Part shown: positions 1-17,348 of the stretch, in pieces | Numbering within the stretch: the stretch's first letter is position 1 | Layout of the letters: every line of letters starts with the position of its first letter | DNA from: the human T2T-CHM13v2.0 reference genome, Homo sapiens | Length of the DNA stretch: 64,000 nucleotides | Strand: one strand, 5' to 3' | NCBI RefSeq assembly: GCF_009914755.1 | Contig: NC_060936.1 | Notes under the pieces: model-generated | What the model was told of the DNA's origin: nothing | What the model saw: only the letters and a program-made list of their open reading frames with translations | Database searches by the model: none | Translations under genes and position numbers: made by a program

Positions 1-147
1 TAAATTACTTTTTATCACTTTAGTGTAATAACACTAATGATCAATGAGCAAGCTACAGGTGATTTGTGTAACACTCAATTTTGGTTTTTTTTTTTGGCCA
101 TCTTTCAAGGCCCAGGATGTAATACAAACTTGATTACTATGTAAATA

Positions 148-322
148 TCCATCTCTACAAAAAATTTAAAAATTAGCTGGGCATGGTGGCACATGTCTAT
201 ATTCTTAGACATGCTCATGGAGGCTGAGATGGGAGGATTGCGTGAGCCCAGGAATTTAAGGCTGCAGTGAGCTATAATCAACGCCCCTGCATTCCAGCCT
301 GAGCAACAGAGATCCTCCCTCT
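148..322 (+). mobile_element. Old Alu right-arm fragment (AluJ/FRAM-like)
   Basis: ctctacaaaaaat...gaggctgagatgggaggattg...gcagtgagctat...ccagcctg. Confidence 0.8.
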
Positions 323-1565
323 AAAACCAGAGGAAGAAAACAAAAAACAAAAGAAAACAATAATAATAAAAAGTAAAACTAAACCTAAACTTTACCTGAT
401 ACTCTCTTTCCCTCTAACAAAGTTATTAGAGATGGGCTCAACTCTAACAAGCATCTAAATCAGTACTCTAAAGGTAAAAAATAATTTCAGGTAATCAATA
501 CCAACTTCTACAAAGTTGTAGCCAACTGGCAACACAATTTCTGAAGACATTCTATTGTTTAAGTAGATACGAATAGATTAATGAGCCACCACAGAGGCAA
601 GTGAAACAGGATGATCTATCTATACTAGCAATGGCCTAAGGTTACCAAGATATAGCAAATACAGGTAAAATGTAGACATGTTGAGAAGATTTCCTTTGAA
701 TTTTACTTAGAAAATCCAAACAGCTCTAAAAAACAGATCAATATATACTCTGTACGAAGTGATTTTTGCACGTGGCATCTGAAAATATGTCCAAGAAAAT
801 TTCTAGCTTCTATCAGGCATGCTAGTTAGCTATGAGGAAGCTTGACTAGTGCACAATACATGTAGTCTTTACCTTTTGGGACCAGGAAAATCCTATTTAT
901 CCGAGACTCCTAAAAACCACTCTGGGTTACAGGTTCTGGATCTTCTCACACATACCCTCCCCCTACAATTCTCATGTCCTCAGGCCTTACCACTTCTTTG
1001 TGACAGCTGCTGCTTTATAAAGACATAATTCTAGCGTGAAGTATTTCTACTGGAAAATCTGGGATTGACAGGATGTTGACAAGGACTCAGTAAAAATAAC
1101 CATTCCTAACAGAGTGTGTAGATACAAACAGGCAGTCACTGGTCAGAAGTTTTCCTCAGCTGAGTCACCCGGCCATGGAAAACCCCAAGTTTGCACCTGA
1201 GAGGCTCTGAAATACTACCCTCTGGAGTGCAAATATAAAACACATTAGGCTTGGAGAAACTGTTCTAAAGCAACTTGTTGGACCAGCTAGATTTAGAAAT
1301 ATAATGGATGGTTGGTAAAAGGTAACTCTAGGGGCTGCCAAGGGAACTCAGTTCCAAAAACCCTTCCCATAAAATTAGGCTTTCCAGAGACACACATCTT
1401 AGATGTTCCAGAGGTTTATGAGTCCTCTCTGTTGCCCCTTTCAAATCTAAATACTTCCTCAAAGTCTCTAGAGCCATCTGTTAAGGCCAAAGTAAATCTC
1501 AACATGTCTACACCACAGAAGTTTATGCCGCATTGTAAGGAAGTCTAAAAGGCCAAATGAATGCA

Positions 1566-1669
1566 CAGCTACTTGGGAGGCTGAGGTGGGAGGACTGCTT
1601 GAGCCCAAGAGTTCAAGACCAGCCTGGACAACATAGTGAGACCAGCCTTTAAAAAAAAAAAAAAAAAAA
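1566..1669 (+). mobile_element. FLAM-type Alu monomer fragment
   Basis: gaggctgaggtgggaggactgcttgagcccaagagttcaagaccagcctgg followed by polyA. Confidence 0.8.
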
Positions 1670-1792
1670 CAAAAGCCAAATGCTGCTATTCTGGATTTCA
1701 TACTGTGAAAAAGAATGAAAGAATGTTAGGTTTTTTGACAGTGGACGTTAGGGTTTTTCAAACACTTTCCCTTTTTAAATGTGAGTAACATC

Positions 1793-2226
1793 CTATATTA
1801 GTTTCCTACTGCTGCTGTAGAAATTACCACAAATACTGACTTTACACAAGCTTATTCTCATAGTTGCGGAGGTCATGAATCTGACATCGGTTTTATAGGG
1901 CTGGTTCCCTGTGAGGGCTCTGAGGGAAGAATGTGTCCTTGCCTTTTTCATCTTCTAGAGGACCACCTGCATTCCTTGGCTCACATTCCCTTCATCGATC
2001 ACTACAACCTCTTGTTTCCATCGTCAAATCTGCTACCACTCACTCTGGTGTGCCCACCTCTTCCAAGGACCTGTGTGATTATATTGGGCCAACACAGATA
2101 ATCCAGGATAATCTCATCTCAAAAATATTAATTTGATGCCATCTGCAAAGTCTCCTTTCCTATATTCATAGGTTCTAGAGATTAGGACATGGACATGTTT
2201 TAGGGGTCATTATTCAGCCTACCACA
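1793..2226 (-). mobile_element. MaLR solo LTR (MLT1C/D-like)
   Basis: Reverse complement begins tgtggtaggctgaataa; contains the MLT1 signature ataatccaggataatctc...atctgcaaagtc. Confidence 0.8.
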
Positions 2227-2760
2227 CAATTACCAGATTTAAAATTCTATGAAGTATACTTACCTACAGTATCTCGTTTAGATACTTACCAGGTGTTATC
2301 ATTCCTAATGAATGAGAACGCGAGTCTAGAAACTTCATTGCTTAGCCACAGTGATATAGTCAAAAAACTAGAACTCAAACTAGAGCATATGGCCCTAGAG
2401 ACCATGTAGCAGCAGCACATACCACTTCTCCTCCACCAGGCTGCCTGTAAATCACTGGCCTTTGGCCTCTCATTTTCTCATACAGTTTTTTTTTAAAATC
2501 ATACTCACAGTCCAAACTGCAATCTACCAAAAAAAGTAGCCCACATCAGAGATTCCTCAAATGTTCTCAGGTCATGGCTCCCTTAAAATCTCAGTCATTT
2601 TTTTTTTGTGGCATACCTGAGGCCAAAAGAAATGCCTAATAGCTCTGTTCAGTCGAAGCAGTATTTGTGTCCTAATAGCTCAGGAGCTTCTGGGCACTCC
2701 ACCACTTCTCAAATCTTAGAATCAGATGGGACACTGCCACTCTCGTTTCCTGTTTCACAT

Positions 2761-3058
2761 TCTTTTTTGTTTTTTTGAGACAGGGTTTCACTCTGTCACC
2801 CAGGCAGGAGTGCAGTGGCGCAAACACGACTGACTGGAGCCTTGACCTCCCCGGGTCAGGTGATACTCCCAGCTCATCCTCCTGAGTAGCTGGGACTACA
2901 GGTGAGCGCTACCACACCTGGCTAATTTTTGCATTTTTTGTAGAGACAGGGTTTCACCACATTGCCTAGGCTGGACTTGAACTCCTGGGCTCAAGCGATC
3001 TGCCCGCCTCAGCCTCCCAAAGTGCTGGGATTACAGGTGTGAGCCACCGTACCTGGCC
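2761..3058 (-). mobile_element. AluJ
   Basis: Full dimer in antisense, gtttcaca TSD on both sides. Confidence 0.9.
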
Positions 3059-3457
3059 CGTTTCACACTGATTTTCAAACAGTACTGCTTTTATTTCACA
3101 GCAATGGCCAAAATCCCAGCTTTGCAAAGATATGGCATCATCAAAAGGAATTTAGTGATTTAATGCTGAATTGTGAACTACCTTAAGCTATTAGTTTGTA
3201 TGATATCTAACAGATGTCATTGTGTTTCACTGAAGGTTAAAAATACTCTGTGATACCCACATGAGTTTGAACCTGCAGGCCTGCGCTCCTCACATTACTG
3301 CTTGTACACTCCTGCTCTGACGAAAGTGTGCTCTCTGTTATGCAAAGTGCATAGCTGAAGCTCCATATAATGGGCTCAGACAAATAATTTAGGAAACTCC
3401 CAGTTTGTCATCGCACATAGTTACATGCCAATTTGACATTTTCTATTAAAGATATAT

Positions 3458-4349
<892 letters not shown>

Positions 4350-4700
4350 TAAATATTTGATTTCTAAGTCTACAGAACTATATTATATTACATCTACAAG
4401 CAGAGAATTCCTGTTAGACAAATAAAGTACACTGACATTTTTATCTGCCCAAAGGAATTGCACTTACTCATTCAAATGTCACATGGACAAACATCTGACA
4501 CCAAACGTAAAATTTTTTCCTTAGTAACTTCTAAAAATGTACACAATAGTAGCAAAACAAGAAGCTGTAACAAACCATAGTATTCCTAATTCTTTTGATA
4601 TAAATTTTAGACTAAGAAGAAGATATGATGCACACCAAAGCACATGGAAAGGAAGTTTCAGCATTTGTTCAAAATGATTAAATTCATGGATCTTCTAGAC

Positions 4701-4890
4701 CAGTGATTCTCAAAGCTGATGGTGTATCCAAATCACCTGGAGGACTTGTTAAAACACAGATCGCTGTACCTACCCCAGAGTTTCTGGTTCAGCAGATCTG
4801 GGGCAGAGCCAAGCATTCATAAATTTCTAAAAAGTTCCCAGGCAATACAGATGCTACTACTAGTCCAAAGACCATACCTTAAAAATCAGT
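4701..4890. mobile_element. MER5A (hAT-Charlie MITE)
   Basis: cagtgattctcaaa...aatcacctggaggacttgttaaaacacagat...aagttcccagg. Confidence 0.8.
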
Positions 4891-5025
4891 TTTAGATAAA
4901 ATTCACATTTTCATAGCAATTCAGAAAAACTACTGAATATATTATGAAAGCAAGTGAGATGAATTTGTATTTGGAATAGCAAAAAACAACAACAAAACCC
5001 AAACCCAAAACCACATGAAAACAAA

Positions 5026-5047
5026 CACCACCACCACCACACACACG

Positions 5048-5092
<45 letters not shown>
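5026..5092. repeat. (CAC)n-(CA)n microsatellite
   Basis: Read directly from sequence. Confidence 0.95.
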
Positions 5093-5094
<2 letters not shown>

Positions 5095-6472
5095 GGAAAA
5101 AAAAGGCCAGAGGGAGAAGAAAACCCCACAGTGACAGTCAGTTCCCCAAACAGGATAAACCTAGCTACTCAAACTGAATTACTCATGACTGTGCAAGTTA
5201 TCAATGTACCCTTTACTGACGGCTCTTCAAGGAGTAAATGTAAGAACACATGTGGCAGCCTCCTGTGAGGTGGGCAGAGGAAACTGACCCAAGGAAATCA
5301 GAAAAGCCAAGGGTTTACCATGAAGCACCTAAAAAATTCTCCACATTCAGTGGGAGGTAAACATGGTCCACCCCTAAAACAATTTTAGAATGCTCAAGAA
5401 ACTGTTTTGGTGATAAGTGTTGAATTATATGTATCTATATACATACTCTAGTAGTCTGATGCTAAGTAAATCTAGTCTTGCCAACATACAATGGAGAAGT
5501 AAGCAAGCCAACAGCACAGGTCTTTTTTCTTTTTAAGTCATGGCAGCTATGTGCTGTGTGACCACCTTCCTTTTGCAACAGCTACACCTATAAATCACTA
5601 AAACAATAATTGATGAACAAGAGCCTGAGGTGCTATCAAAGCCAAATACATGTTAAATTATATATTCTGTATATTTTATTAAGGCAAGAAACCATTTTAA
5701 TAATACTAAAAAGATTTTCAAAAAGACTCAAGCAAAAATGACTGTCAATTGGGTCTAAAATTCAGTCAGCCTGAATGCCCCAAAGTCTAAGGAAGCATCA
5801 TGAAGTTACAAACCTTTCCAAAGGTCAACAAGAAGAAGCTAACTTCCTATTATTCCTACTCCTTTTAAATAACAGTCATTACCAAGTGTTTCCAAAGCGG
5901 GGCATTTGTTTTGTTATAATCAAAACCTGCTCAACTGAGGAAAAACAGTGCAATGAAAATATTCTTACATTTATGACATTCAAGATCACTATTTGGACCA
6001 AAGAACACGCCAGGATTTTTATAGCACCTGCATGTAACTGTTTCATGATGACCCTCCACAAGGGGCAGGGAAGGGACAGGGAAGGAAGAAGCATGCAGGG
6101 CTTTCCTGACCCTACTTCTAGTGTGTAGGAAAGAGGAGAGGGAACTCATTATCCCTCCAGCCACCGTTTCTTCTCCTTGTATGGATGGATCACTAGACCC
6201 CACAGAGTGCAAGAATGACGAGAGAAGGGGACTATCAGTGATTAATCCTTGTACTAATAACTTATAAAGTACATCCCCTCAGTATAACAGATTCCATATA
6301 GCACAAAAAATGAACAGAAATAATAGTTTCCTGGCATTTTCCAACTACCCAATTAGAAACTGACAAATGTATAAAAAACAATTTTTGTCAAGTAAATCAT
6401 AGGCCCTGGCTATTTAGCACTATGACCTCAAAGCTTAATTTTCAAATAAAATGACTGGTCTCAAGAAAAACA

Positions 6473-6947
<475 letters not shown>

Positions 6948-7046
6948 TCACCATGAACATGCTTTCTGGAATGCACCTGAGAAAATCTCAAGACTAAATG
7001 CAATTCTGAAAAGGCCCAGGGAGTGAATCGTGATTAATGTAAGCCA

Positions 7047-7256
7047 GCACTGTTCAACAGAACTCTGTGATCATGAAAACATTCTAGTAATATTACAGCA
7101 CTGTCCAATCAGGTAGCCACTAGCCACATGGGACTACTGAGCACTTGAAATGCAGTGAGTGCAACTAAGGAACTTAATCTGTAGTTGTACTTAATTTTAA
7201 TGAACTTAAATTTAAATAGCCCCATGTGGCCAGTGGCTACCTTGCTGGACAGCACA
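7047..7256. mobile_element. MER3 (hAT-Charlie)
   Basis: gcactgtccaat...gtagccactagccacatg...gagcacttgaaatg...catgtggccagtggctacc...ggacagcac. Confidence 0.75.
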
Positions 7257-7264
7257 AACCTAAA

Positions 7265-7550
7265 TGCAGATTCCAGTCCCCTTGTGGCTTAGGCTTATGA
7301 TGCAATTCTGGCCAATGAGACAGAAGGAAAAGATTTCCCTTAATCTGAAAGAAAAAAAAAAAAGAAACACAAAGAAGAGAAGGTTCTTTTTTTGTGGTCT
7401 TGAGGATGTGATGTCTCGGAAATGTTGCAGTTGTCCTGCAAACAGCAGCGCAGCAAGCCTAGAGGTGAGGTTAACATGCTGGAGGGCAGAGCAGAAGAAT
7501 ACACAGAACATGAACCCTTGCTACTCACTGAGCCCCCTGGCCACTGGTGT
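7265..7550 (+). mobile_element. Old ERVL/MaLR LTR fragment (LTR16/MLT1J-like)
   Basis: ttctggccaatgaga...gaggatgtgatg...gggcagagcagaagaa motifs. Confidence 0.5.
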
Positions 7551-8318
7551 GGAGATGAACAATTTTCATCTTTTTTTTTTTTTTTTTTTTTTTTGAGACA
7601 GAGCGAGACTCCGTCTCAAAAAACGAAAATAAAAATTTAACTATGGGACAAGATTCTGGAACGACGGCAGCATTCAGGGCATAGTTGGTTTGAATCCTCC
7701 TGAATTTTCCCATAAAAACAGATTGAGCAATCTGGATGCAAAACTGAAAATCTGCACCTACAACAAAGCTAAGTGATCAGGTAGCCTCACAAAACCCAAA
7801 AGACAAGCAGATGGGGACAAACTACTGACTGCTAAAGACTGGTGTGCAATTGCCATCTGTGTGAGAAGCAGCAAAGGGAAGCAACAGGGTATTTGATGAA
7901 TCTGAAATTAGGAAAACCCCAAATGAGACAACAGGTACTGGCAAGCAAGGTGAGCTGAACTAGGAATAGCAGTTGAACTTTAAAGGAGCTCTGTACATTC
8001 CAACTTATGGCCTGTACAAGGGGATGGAGTGATAGGGACCCTCTAAACTAAAAGCTAACCATCTGAAGCTCTCTTTCAGGACAAAGTCTTGTACTGAGGA
8101 GAAACTACTGGGAACAGAATCCAGCAGAACAGAGACAGGAGAAGAAAAGGAAGAAGGTGGCCCAAATAAAGAACCAGGAAGAGTAATGACCAGATGTCTG
8201 AAAGTGCTAGGATTCCCTCTTCCCCTCCACCAGAAAAGTCAAAAGAGGGAGCTCTAGAGCCAGAAAGCTAAAGTCTTCCTGCCCACTTCTCTCTCTCAGT
8301 TTATGAAAATTAATTTCC

Positions 8319-9055
8319 TGCAAATCAAAACCACAATGTGATACCATCTCACACCAGTCAGAATGGCAATTATTAAACAGTCAAGAAACAACAGATGCTG
8401 GCGAGGCTGTGGAGAAACAGGAATGCTTTTACACTGTTGGTGGGAATGTAAATTAGTTCAACCATTGTGGAAGACACTGTGGCGATTCCTCAAGAATCTA
8501 GAAGCAGAAATACCATTTGACCCAGCAATCCCATTACTGGGTACATATCCAAAGGAATATAAATCATTCTATTATAAAGACACATGCATGTGTTTGTTTA
8601 TTGCAGCACTATTCATAATAGCAAAGACATGGAATCAACCCGAATGCCCATCAATGCTAGACTGGATAAAGAAAATGTGGTACATATACACTACTATGCA
8701 GCCATAAAAAGAAATTAGATCATGTCCTTTTCAGGGACATGGATGGAGCTGGAAGCCATCATCCTCAGCAAACTAACACAGGAACAGAAAACCAAATATC
8801 ACATGTTCTCACTCATAAGCGGGAACTGAACAATGAGAACACATGGACACAGGGAGGGGAACAACACACACCAGAGCCTGTCACAGGGGTGGGTGGAAGG
8901 AGAGCATCAGGATAAACAGCTAATGCATGCGGGGCTTAATACCTCGGTGATGGGTTGACAGGTGCAGCAAACTACCATGGCACATCTTTGCCTATGTAGC
9001 AAACCTGCACGTCCTGCACATGTATCCTGGAACTTAATATATATTTAAAAAGAAA
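8319..9055 (+). mobile_element. 5'-truncated L1PA (ORF2 C-terminus + 3' UTR)
   Basis: ORF 8363-8707 encodes L1 ORF2p C-terminal [21 protein letters not shown]; 12-bp TSD gaaaattaattt at 8305-8316 and 9056-9067. Confidence 0.93.
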
Positions 9056-9262
9056 GAAAATTAATTTTCATTAAAAATGAACAACAGGAAAGCACTGTGG
9101 TTTTATCTCAAAGTCATTATTTTAAAAAGAGAGAAAGGGAGGCAGAGAGCATCTGTAAAAACAATAAAAACATACCAGAAAAAAAACATGCCTTTAAAAC
9201 AGGTAAAAACTGTAACACAATATTATTTTGAAATTTTAAATTTTTTAAGAAAATGACATCAT

Positions 9263-9546
9263 GGCTGGGCACTGTGGCTCACGCCTGTAATTCCAGTACT
9301 TTGGGAGGCCGAGGTGGTCAGAAGTTCAAGATCAGCCTGGCCAACATGGTGAAACCCTATCTTTAAAAATACAAAACTTAGCCAGGTGTGATGGCGGGCG
9401 CCTGTAATCCCAGCTACTCAAGAGGCTGAGGCAGGACGCTTGAACCCGGGAAGCGGAGGTTGCAGTGAGCCAAGATCGCAACATTGCACTCCAGCCTGGG
9501 TAACAAAAACAAGACTCCATCTCAAGAAAACAAAAAAAAAAAAACA
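9263..9546 (+). mobile_element. AluS
   Basis: 16-bp TSD aagaaaatgacatcat at 9247-9262 and 9547-9562. Confidence 0.92.
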
Positions 9547-10175
9547 AAGAAAATGACATCATATGACGAGGCAACATAAATCTGAATTAGAACAACTCAA
9601 AAGGGGTGATAAAACTCAGAAATTTCAGAAATGAACACTAAACTAAAAGAAACACAAGAATGAACAACCAACGGGTAACAGATAATGCCTTAAAGAAACT
9701 AGAAAGTAAATAGGATGGAAAAGTTAAGAAAGGGATAAAAAGATTAGAGAGCGGCAATCTATAGAAAAACAGGCAAAGAAGATCCAAAATGTATACAATA
9801 GGAGTCCCCAAAGAAGAAAATCAAAGCAAGGAAGCATAACAAAAACTAAAAACAATAACTAAAGAGAATATCACTAGTCTCTGACAGCAACGCTCTATGG
9901 AAGAACATAATAGAGAAAACGAAATGTGAGCCGAGAATTTATAAGCAGCCAAACTATGAAGTGAAACTGCAGGGTCACATGGTAAATTTGTTTAACTTTT
10001 TACGAATCAGTTTCTTTTTATAATCTATCAGTATTTACTTATTTAGTCACTCTAGGGTCCTTATAAGAGATGGTTATGTTTTCAATTTTGTTCTGCCTCA
10101 TTGCATTTCTTGAAGGCATAGTAAGAAAATCTCTCTATGGGTAACTTTTAATTTTTTTTCTATAAAGAAAACATA

Positions 10176-10420
10176 CAGATTAAGTGTTCTTCATCCAAAA
10201 TGCTTGAGACCAGAAGTGTTTCAGATCTCCCTCTTTTTTGGGGTGGGGGGCGTGGGGGTTTCAGAATATTTGTATTATACTTACTGGTTGAACACTGCAA
10301 ATCCAAAAATCCAAAATCCAAAATGCTACAATGAGCTTTTCCTTTCAGCATCATGTTGGAGCTCAAAAAGTTCTGCATTTTGGATAATTTTGGATTTTGT
10401 GATATCAGATGCTCAACCTG
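10176..10420. mobile_element. MER46A/Tigger4-type MITE
   Basis: TA|cagattaag...aaaatgcttgagaccagaagtgtt...gatgctcaacctg|TA. Confidence 0.8.
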
Positions 10421-10702
10421 TACTGTGCTATGAGAGAAAAAATTAAAAATGCTTACATACCTTCCTTATAAGACAAAGATGACTGAATCTATGTAAATCG
10501 TCTTTTCAAGCAATAACTGAAGTTAAGAATTGTGACAGTATACAGCAGTGTGCATTATTACTTTGACAAAAAAGTTTTTGTTTTTTCAAACAGTACTTGA
10601 AACACAAATCCTGTGGGAACCACTGATATCAAATAATTCTTTTTGAAACTTATCTCTACAGCCATTATTATCCCAATTAAAAAGGAAGCTACACTACACC
10701 TA

Positions 10703-11281
<579 letters not shown>

Positions 11282-11829
11282 GTCTACTCAGTCACTGAGT
11301 AGGGTCTTTAAGGCAATAAAGATTATATCACATTATCCAGAAAGGGCCTGGCTCACCAATGGAGGTCCATCTACATCACTTTCAGTGTGCATCATCGCCT
11401 ATACAGCATACTCAACCAGAAATTTATGTGTAATATACTCAATCAATAAAAATACTTACAGGAAAGAAGTAAATAAGTTGTATAAATATAAAAGTTGTCC
11501 AGTAACAGACTACAAGAACAAGACTGTTTAAAGTGTGGGTTTAGCACTGGTATTGCTTCATGAACTGTTAGCAACGGATCCATGTCAAGGTAAGTGCAAA
11601 AACTGAGAATGTTTAAACCTCATTATAGCAATTTGGTAATTTTCCATCTGTTGACTCTAATAATGAAAAATCTGGGCATGTATTTTGTTAAGTTTTTGTT
11701 TCTTTTTTCTGGTAATTTGTGTATATTGTATTTTATACACACGCACAAAAGTTTGTTCGTGACAAATTGGAGGGAGACAGGAAGGAGAAATTAGTCTGGT
11801 ACTTTGCTAGAAATAGTAAGAGAAGTAGA

Positions 11830-12402
11830 AGGCGGCAAACTTTTTATGTAAAAGAGTAAATATTTTAGGCACTGTAAGTAATATGGTCTCTGTGACAACT
11901 ACAGTCCTCTCTATCTTTGGGGGACTGGTTCCAGGACAACCCCCTACTCCCCTTCTAGATACTAAAATCCTTGGATGCTCCAGTCCCTTATAAAACAGTG
12001 TAGTATTTACATACAACCTACACACATCCACCTGTATACTTTTTTCCTCCTCCCATTTCAGGGCTCCACAGGACTCTCATATACTTTAAATCATCGCTAT
12101 ATTACTTACAATACATAGTACAATGAAAACGCTATATAAATACCTGTTTTACCATATTGTTTTCATTTGTATTACTTTTGTTTTTTCTCCCTCAAATATT
12201 TTTTATCTGAGGTTGACTAAATCATGAATGTGGAACCCACAGAGACAGGGCCAACTGTTCTCAAATCAACTCTGCCATTCTAGCATGAAAGCAGCCATAG
12301 ATGATATGTAAACAAATGGGCATGGCTGTGTTACAATAAAGCTTTATTTACAAAAACAGGTTGTAGGTCAGATTTGGCTTGCAGGCCATAGTTTGCTTAT
12401 TC
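11830..12402. mobile_element. MER58A interrupted by MER2 (11902-12257)
   Basis: ggcaaactttttatgtaaa...ggtctctgtgacaacta|MER2|tcaactctgccatt...aaagcagccatagat...ggccatagtttgct; MER2 begins after TA. Confidence 0.75.
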
Positions 12403-13302
12403 TTAAATGAGAACATGCTAGAAAAACAGAAAAAGGAAGGAGACAAAGTACAAAAATTCTCCAAAAGGACAGATCCTTGAAAAGGGTGTTGGCAATAAAT
12501 AACAGGAAGGGAAAAAGAGTAAGATTTTTTTTTATCAGTGTGGTCTATATTTCATCTAGCTACTCCAGCAGCCACATTTCTGGTCATATTTTAAACAGGC
12601 TGTGGTAGATCCTTGCATTACTACTGTCAACTACAATGCCCTGAAGACATACCACACAGGTCAGATGTCTTCATTGAAACGCATCCTAGCAGCGGACTGA
12701 GTCCTGGTTTATCTGGCAGGGGAGTACGCTGACTGATATTACTCAGTATACAATCACCTCTCTGGCAGATTTAAAAATCATATGCCTGAAATTGTAACAT
12801 ATAAAAACCAATCCAATCTTCTAACAGGTTATCTTATTCCTTGTTACTTGTATTATGAAATGATTTCTGATACCCAAGATTTCTGAGATACCAAAAGGAG
12901 AGAACAGAAGGGCTGTGAGGGAGTTAGGGGTAAGAGAGGGACTGGGAACTCAAAGGATTGGGAATATCACTTTGGGCTGTAGTGCTCAACATCTTCATGT
13001 CTTCAATTCTAGAATTTTGAGCAACATACTTGAAGGTATTAAGATTCCAAAACAATAGTAAATAAGTGAACATGAATTACAATGTAGGCAGTACTACAGA
13101 AAATAATGTCCACAGTGTCCAGAGAAGTAGTTTTCAAACTTTTTAGTTCAGGACTCTTGTTGAGGACCCCAAAGGGCATTTGTTTATATAGATTATACTT
13201 CCTGATATTTACCATATTAGACATTGAAACTGTGAATATGAAAAATATTTATTCATTTTAAAATAAACTCATTATACATTAACATAAATTACACATATTT
13301 CT

Positions 13303-15632
<2,330 letters not shown>

Positions 15633-16414
15633 TCATCAAGCCCAAAAATCTTATCACTGGCAACAAATATTATCAGTCCTTTCATTTTTTACAAAATCTG
15701 CCAAATACTCAAAGCTGAATAACCATAGTTTATTAGTTATTCTTAAAAGTAAAAATGTCCATGAAAAAAGATGGTTAGGTCAGCATGTAACTCAACCCTA
15801 CAGGTGCTTTTCCTTAAAACAACCACAGTACTTCAACACGCAGCAGAAGTGCCTTGTGTGACCTTCCCATTACATCACACAAAGCATTAAAAAGATGTGC
15901 AATCTAGTGTCAAGAGTTAACCAAAGGAGTATTTTTTTACGCATTCTTAAGTGAAACTGGGTTAAAAAAATAACAAAACAAAACTGTAGAGTGTGTGGAA
16001 TACAATGTCTATGAGCACACTTTGGTGCCACTGCCTTGATTCACGCTTAGGCACCAGCAGTACCATCAATACAAATGTTAACACAGAGAGAAAGATAACT
16101 TCTCAGAAATACTATATAAAGGTTTGACCTTGAGGATCCCATGAGAGATTTTCAGGGATTTCCAGGGAAATAGGGGCCACACTTTGAGAAGTGCTAATCT
16201 AGAGAAACATCAACAGTTACCCAGTTGATCACTTTGTGGCCCTTCAAGATTGGTTACTGTTTTAATATAACTGCTGACTGCTCTGACACCCTCCCACATG
16301 AAAATGCCACTGTTTCATGTCTTACCATATCTGTTACCTCACGCTCATAGCGAACTGTACACTGCTCTACAATGCACTGCACAATCAGCACAGCTCAGCA
16401 TCTGATCTACAACG

Positions 16415-16640
16415 GCCAGTACAGTGTGGTTTAAGAGCACAGGCTCTAAAGTCAGTTTGCTTGGGTTCCAATCCTGGGTCTACCACTTACTGGCTGTAAG
16501 GCCTTGTACAGATTATTTATCCTTATTTGCAAAATGAGTACAATAGTATCTATCTATGAAAGCTGTGAGGATTCAACAACCTATTCAGTGTTTGGCATGG
16601 GTCCTTACACACAGTTAAGTGCTCACAACCTGTTACCAAT
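16415..16640 (+). mobile_element. MIR
   Basis: gtgtggtttaagagcacaggctct...gggttccaatcctgggtctaccacttact. Confidence 0.75.
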
Positions 16641-16821
16641 ATTCTAAATATTACTGTATTTATTAGTATATATTATACTACTATAATCCTGGGATAGTAG
16701 ATGCATTCTAAGTTGTAGCAATGAAATTTTATACAGTAGTCAAGACTAGGCAGGATCCCCAGGGAGGAGCCTACGCTCTACAGCAGTGTTTCCCAAGCTA
16801 GCCTGGAAGAATCACCTAAGG

Positions 16822-17348
16822 CAGGGGTCTCCAACCCCCAGGCCACAGACTGCCACCAGTTAGTGGCCTGTTAGAAACTGGGCCGTACTGCAGGAGGAGA
16901 CAGGCAGGCAAGTGAGCAAAATCATCTGTACTTACAGCTGCTCCCCATCGCTCACATTAACGCCTGAGTTCTACCTCCTGTCAGATCAGCAGTGGCATTA
17001 GATTCTCATAGGAGTGAGAACCCTATTGTGAACTGTGCATGCGAGGGATCTAGGTTGTGTGCTCCTTATGAGAATCTAATGCCCAATGATCTGTCACTGA
17101 TTCCCATCACACTCAGGTGGGACTGCCTAGTTGCAGGAAAACAAGCTCAGGGCTCCCACTGATTCTCCATTATGGTGAGTTGTATAATTATATTTCATTA
17201 TATATTACAGTGTAATAACAGAAATAAAATGCAACATAAAGTAATGTGCTTGAATCATCCCCAAAACATCCTCCCCCTCCTCCCCATCCATAGAAAAACT
17301 GTCTTCCACAAAACCAGTCCCTGGTGCCAAAAACGTTGGAGGCCTGTG
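16822..17348 (+). mobile_element. Full-length MER1A (hAT-Charlie) inserted in a MER5-type element
   Basis: caggggtctccaacccccaggccacagac...ccctggtgccaaaaacgttgg; perfect 8-bp TSD acctaagg at 16814-16821 and 17349-17356. Confidence 0.88.

Larger units (their letters stand above)
7640..9960 (+). mobile_element. Ancient HAL1/L1M 5' region and ORF1-like remnant, interrupted by an L1PA and an Alu
   Basis: A-rich ORF1-like sequence (gaaaaacaggcaaagaagatccaaaatgtat..ataggagtccccaaagaag). Confidence 0.5.

Noticed and set aside
760-1200. E-box (GCACGTGG) plus AP-1 (TGAGTCA) as an intronic enhancer; scattered AP-1 sites elsewhere
   Set aside because: Short motifs at about chance frequency; unsupported without chromatin data.
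2258-2292. Two strong minus-strand donors (TAG|GTAAGT, CTG|GTAAGT) as a possible recursive splice site or cryptic exon
   Set aside because: No polypyrimidine tract precedes the AG and I found no convincing acceptor; such motifs occur by chance in 55 kb.
8363-8707. 114-aa ORF with a Cys-rich motif
   Set aside because: C-terminal fragment of L1 ORF2p in a 5'-truncated, non-autonomous L1.
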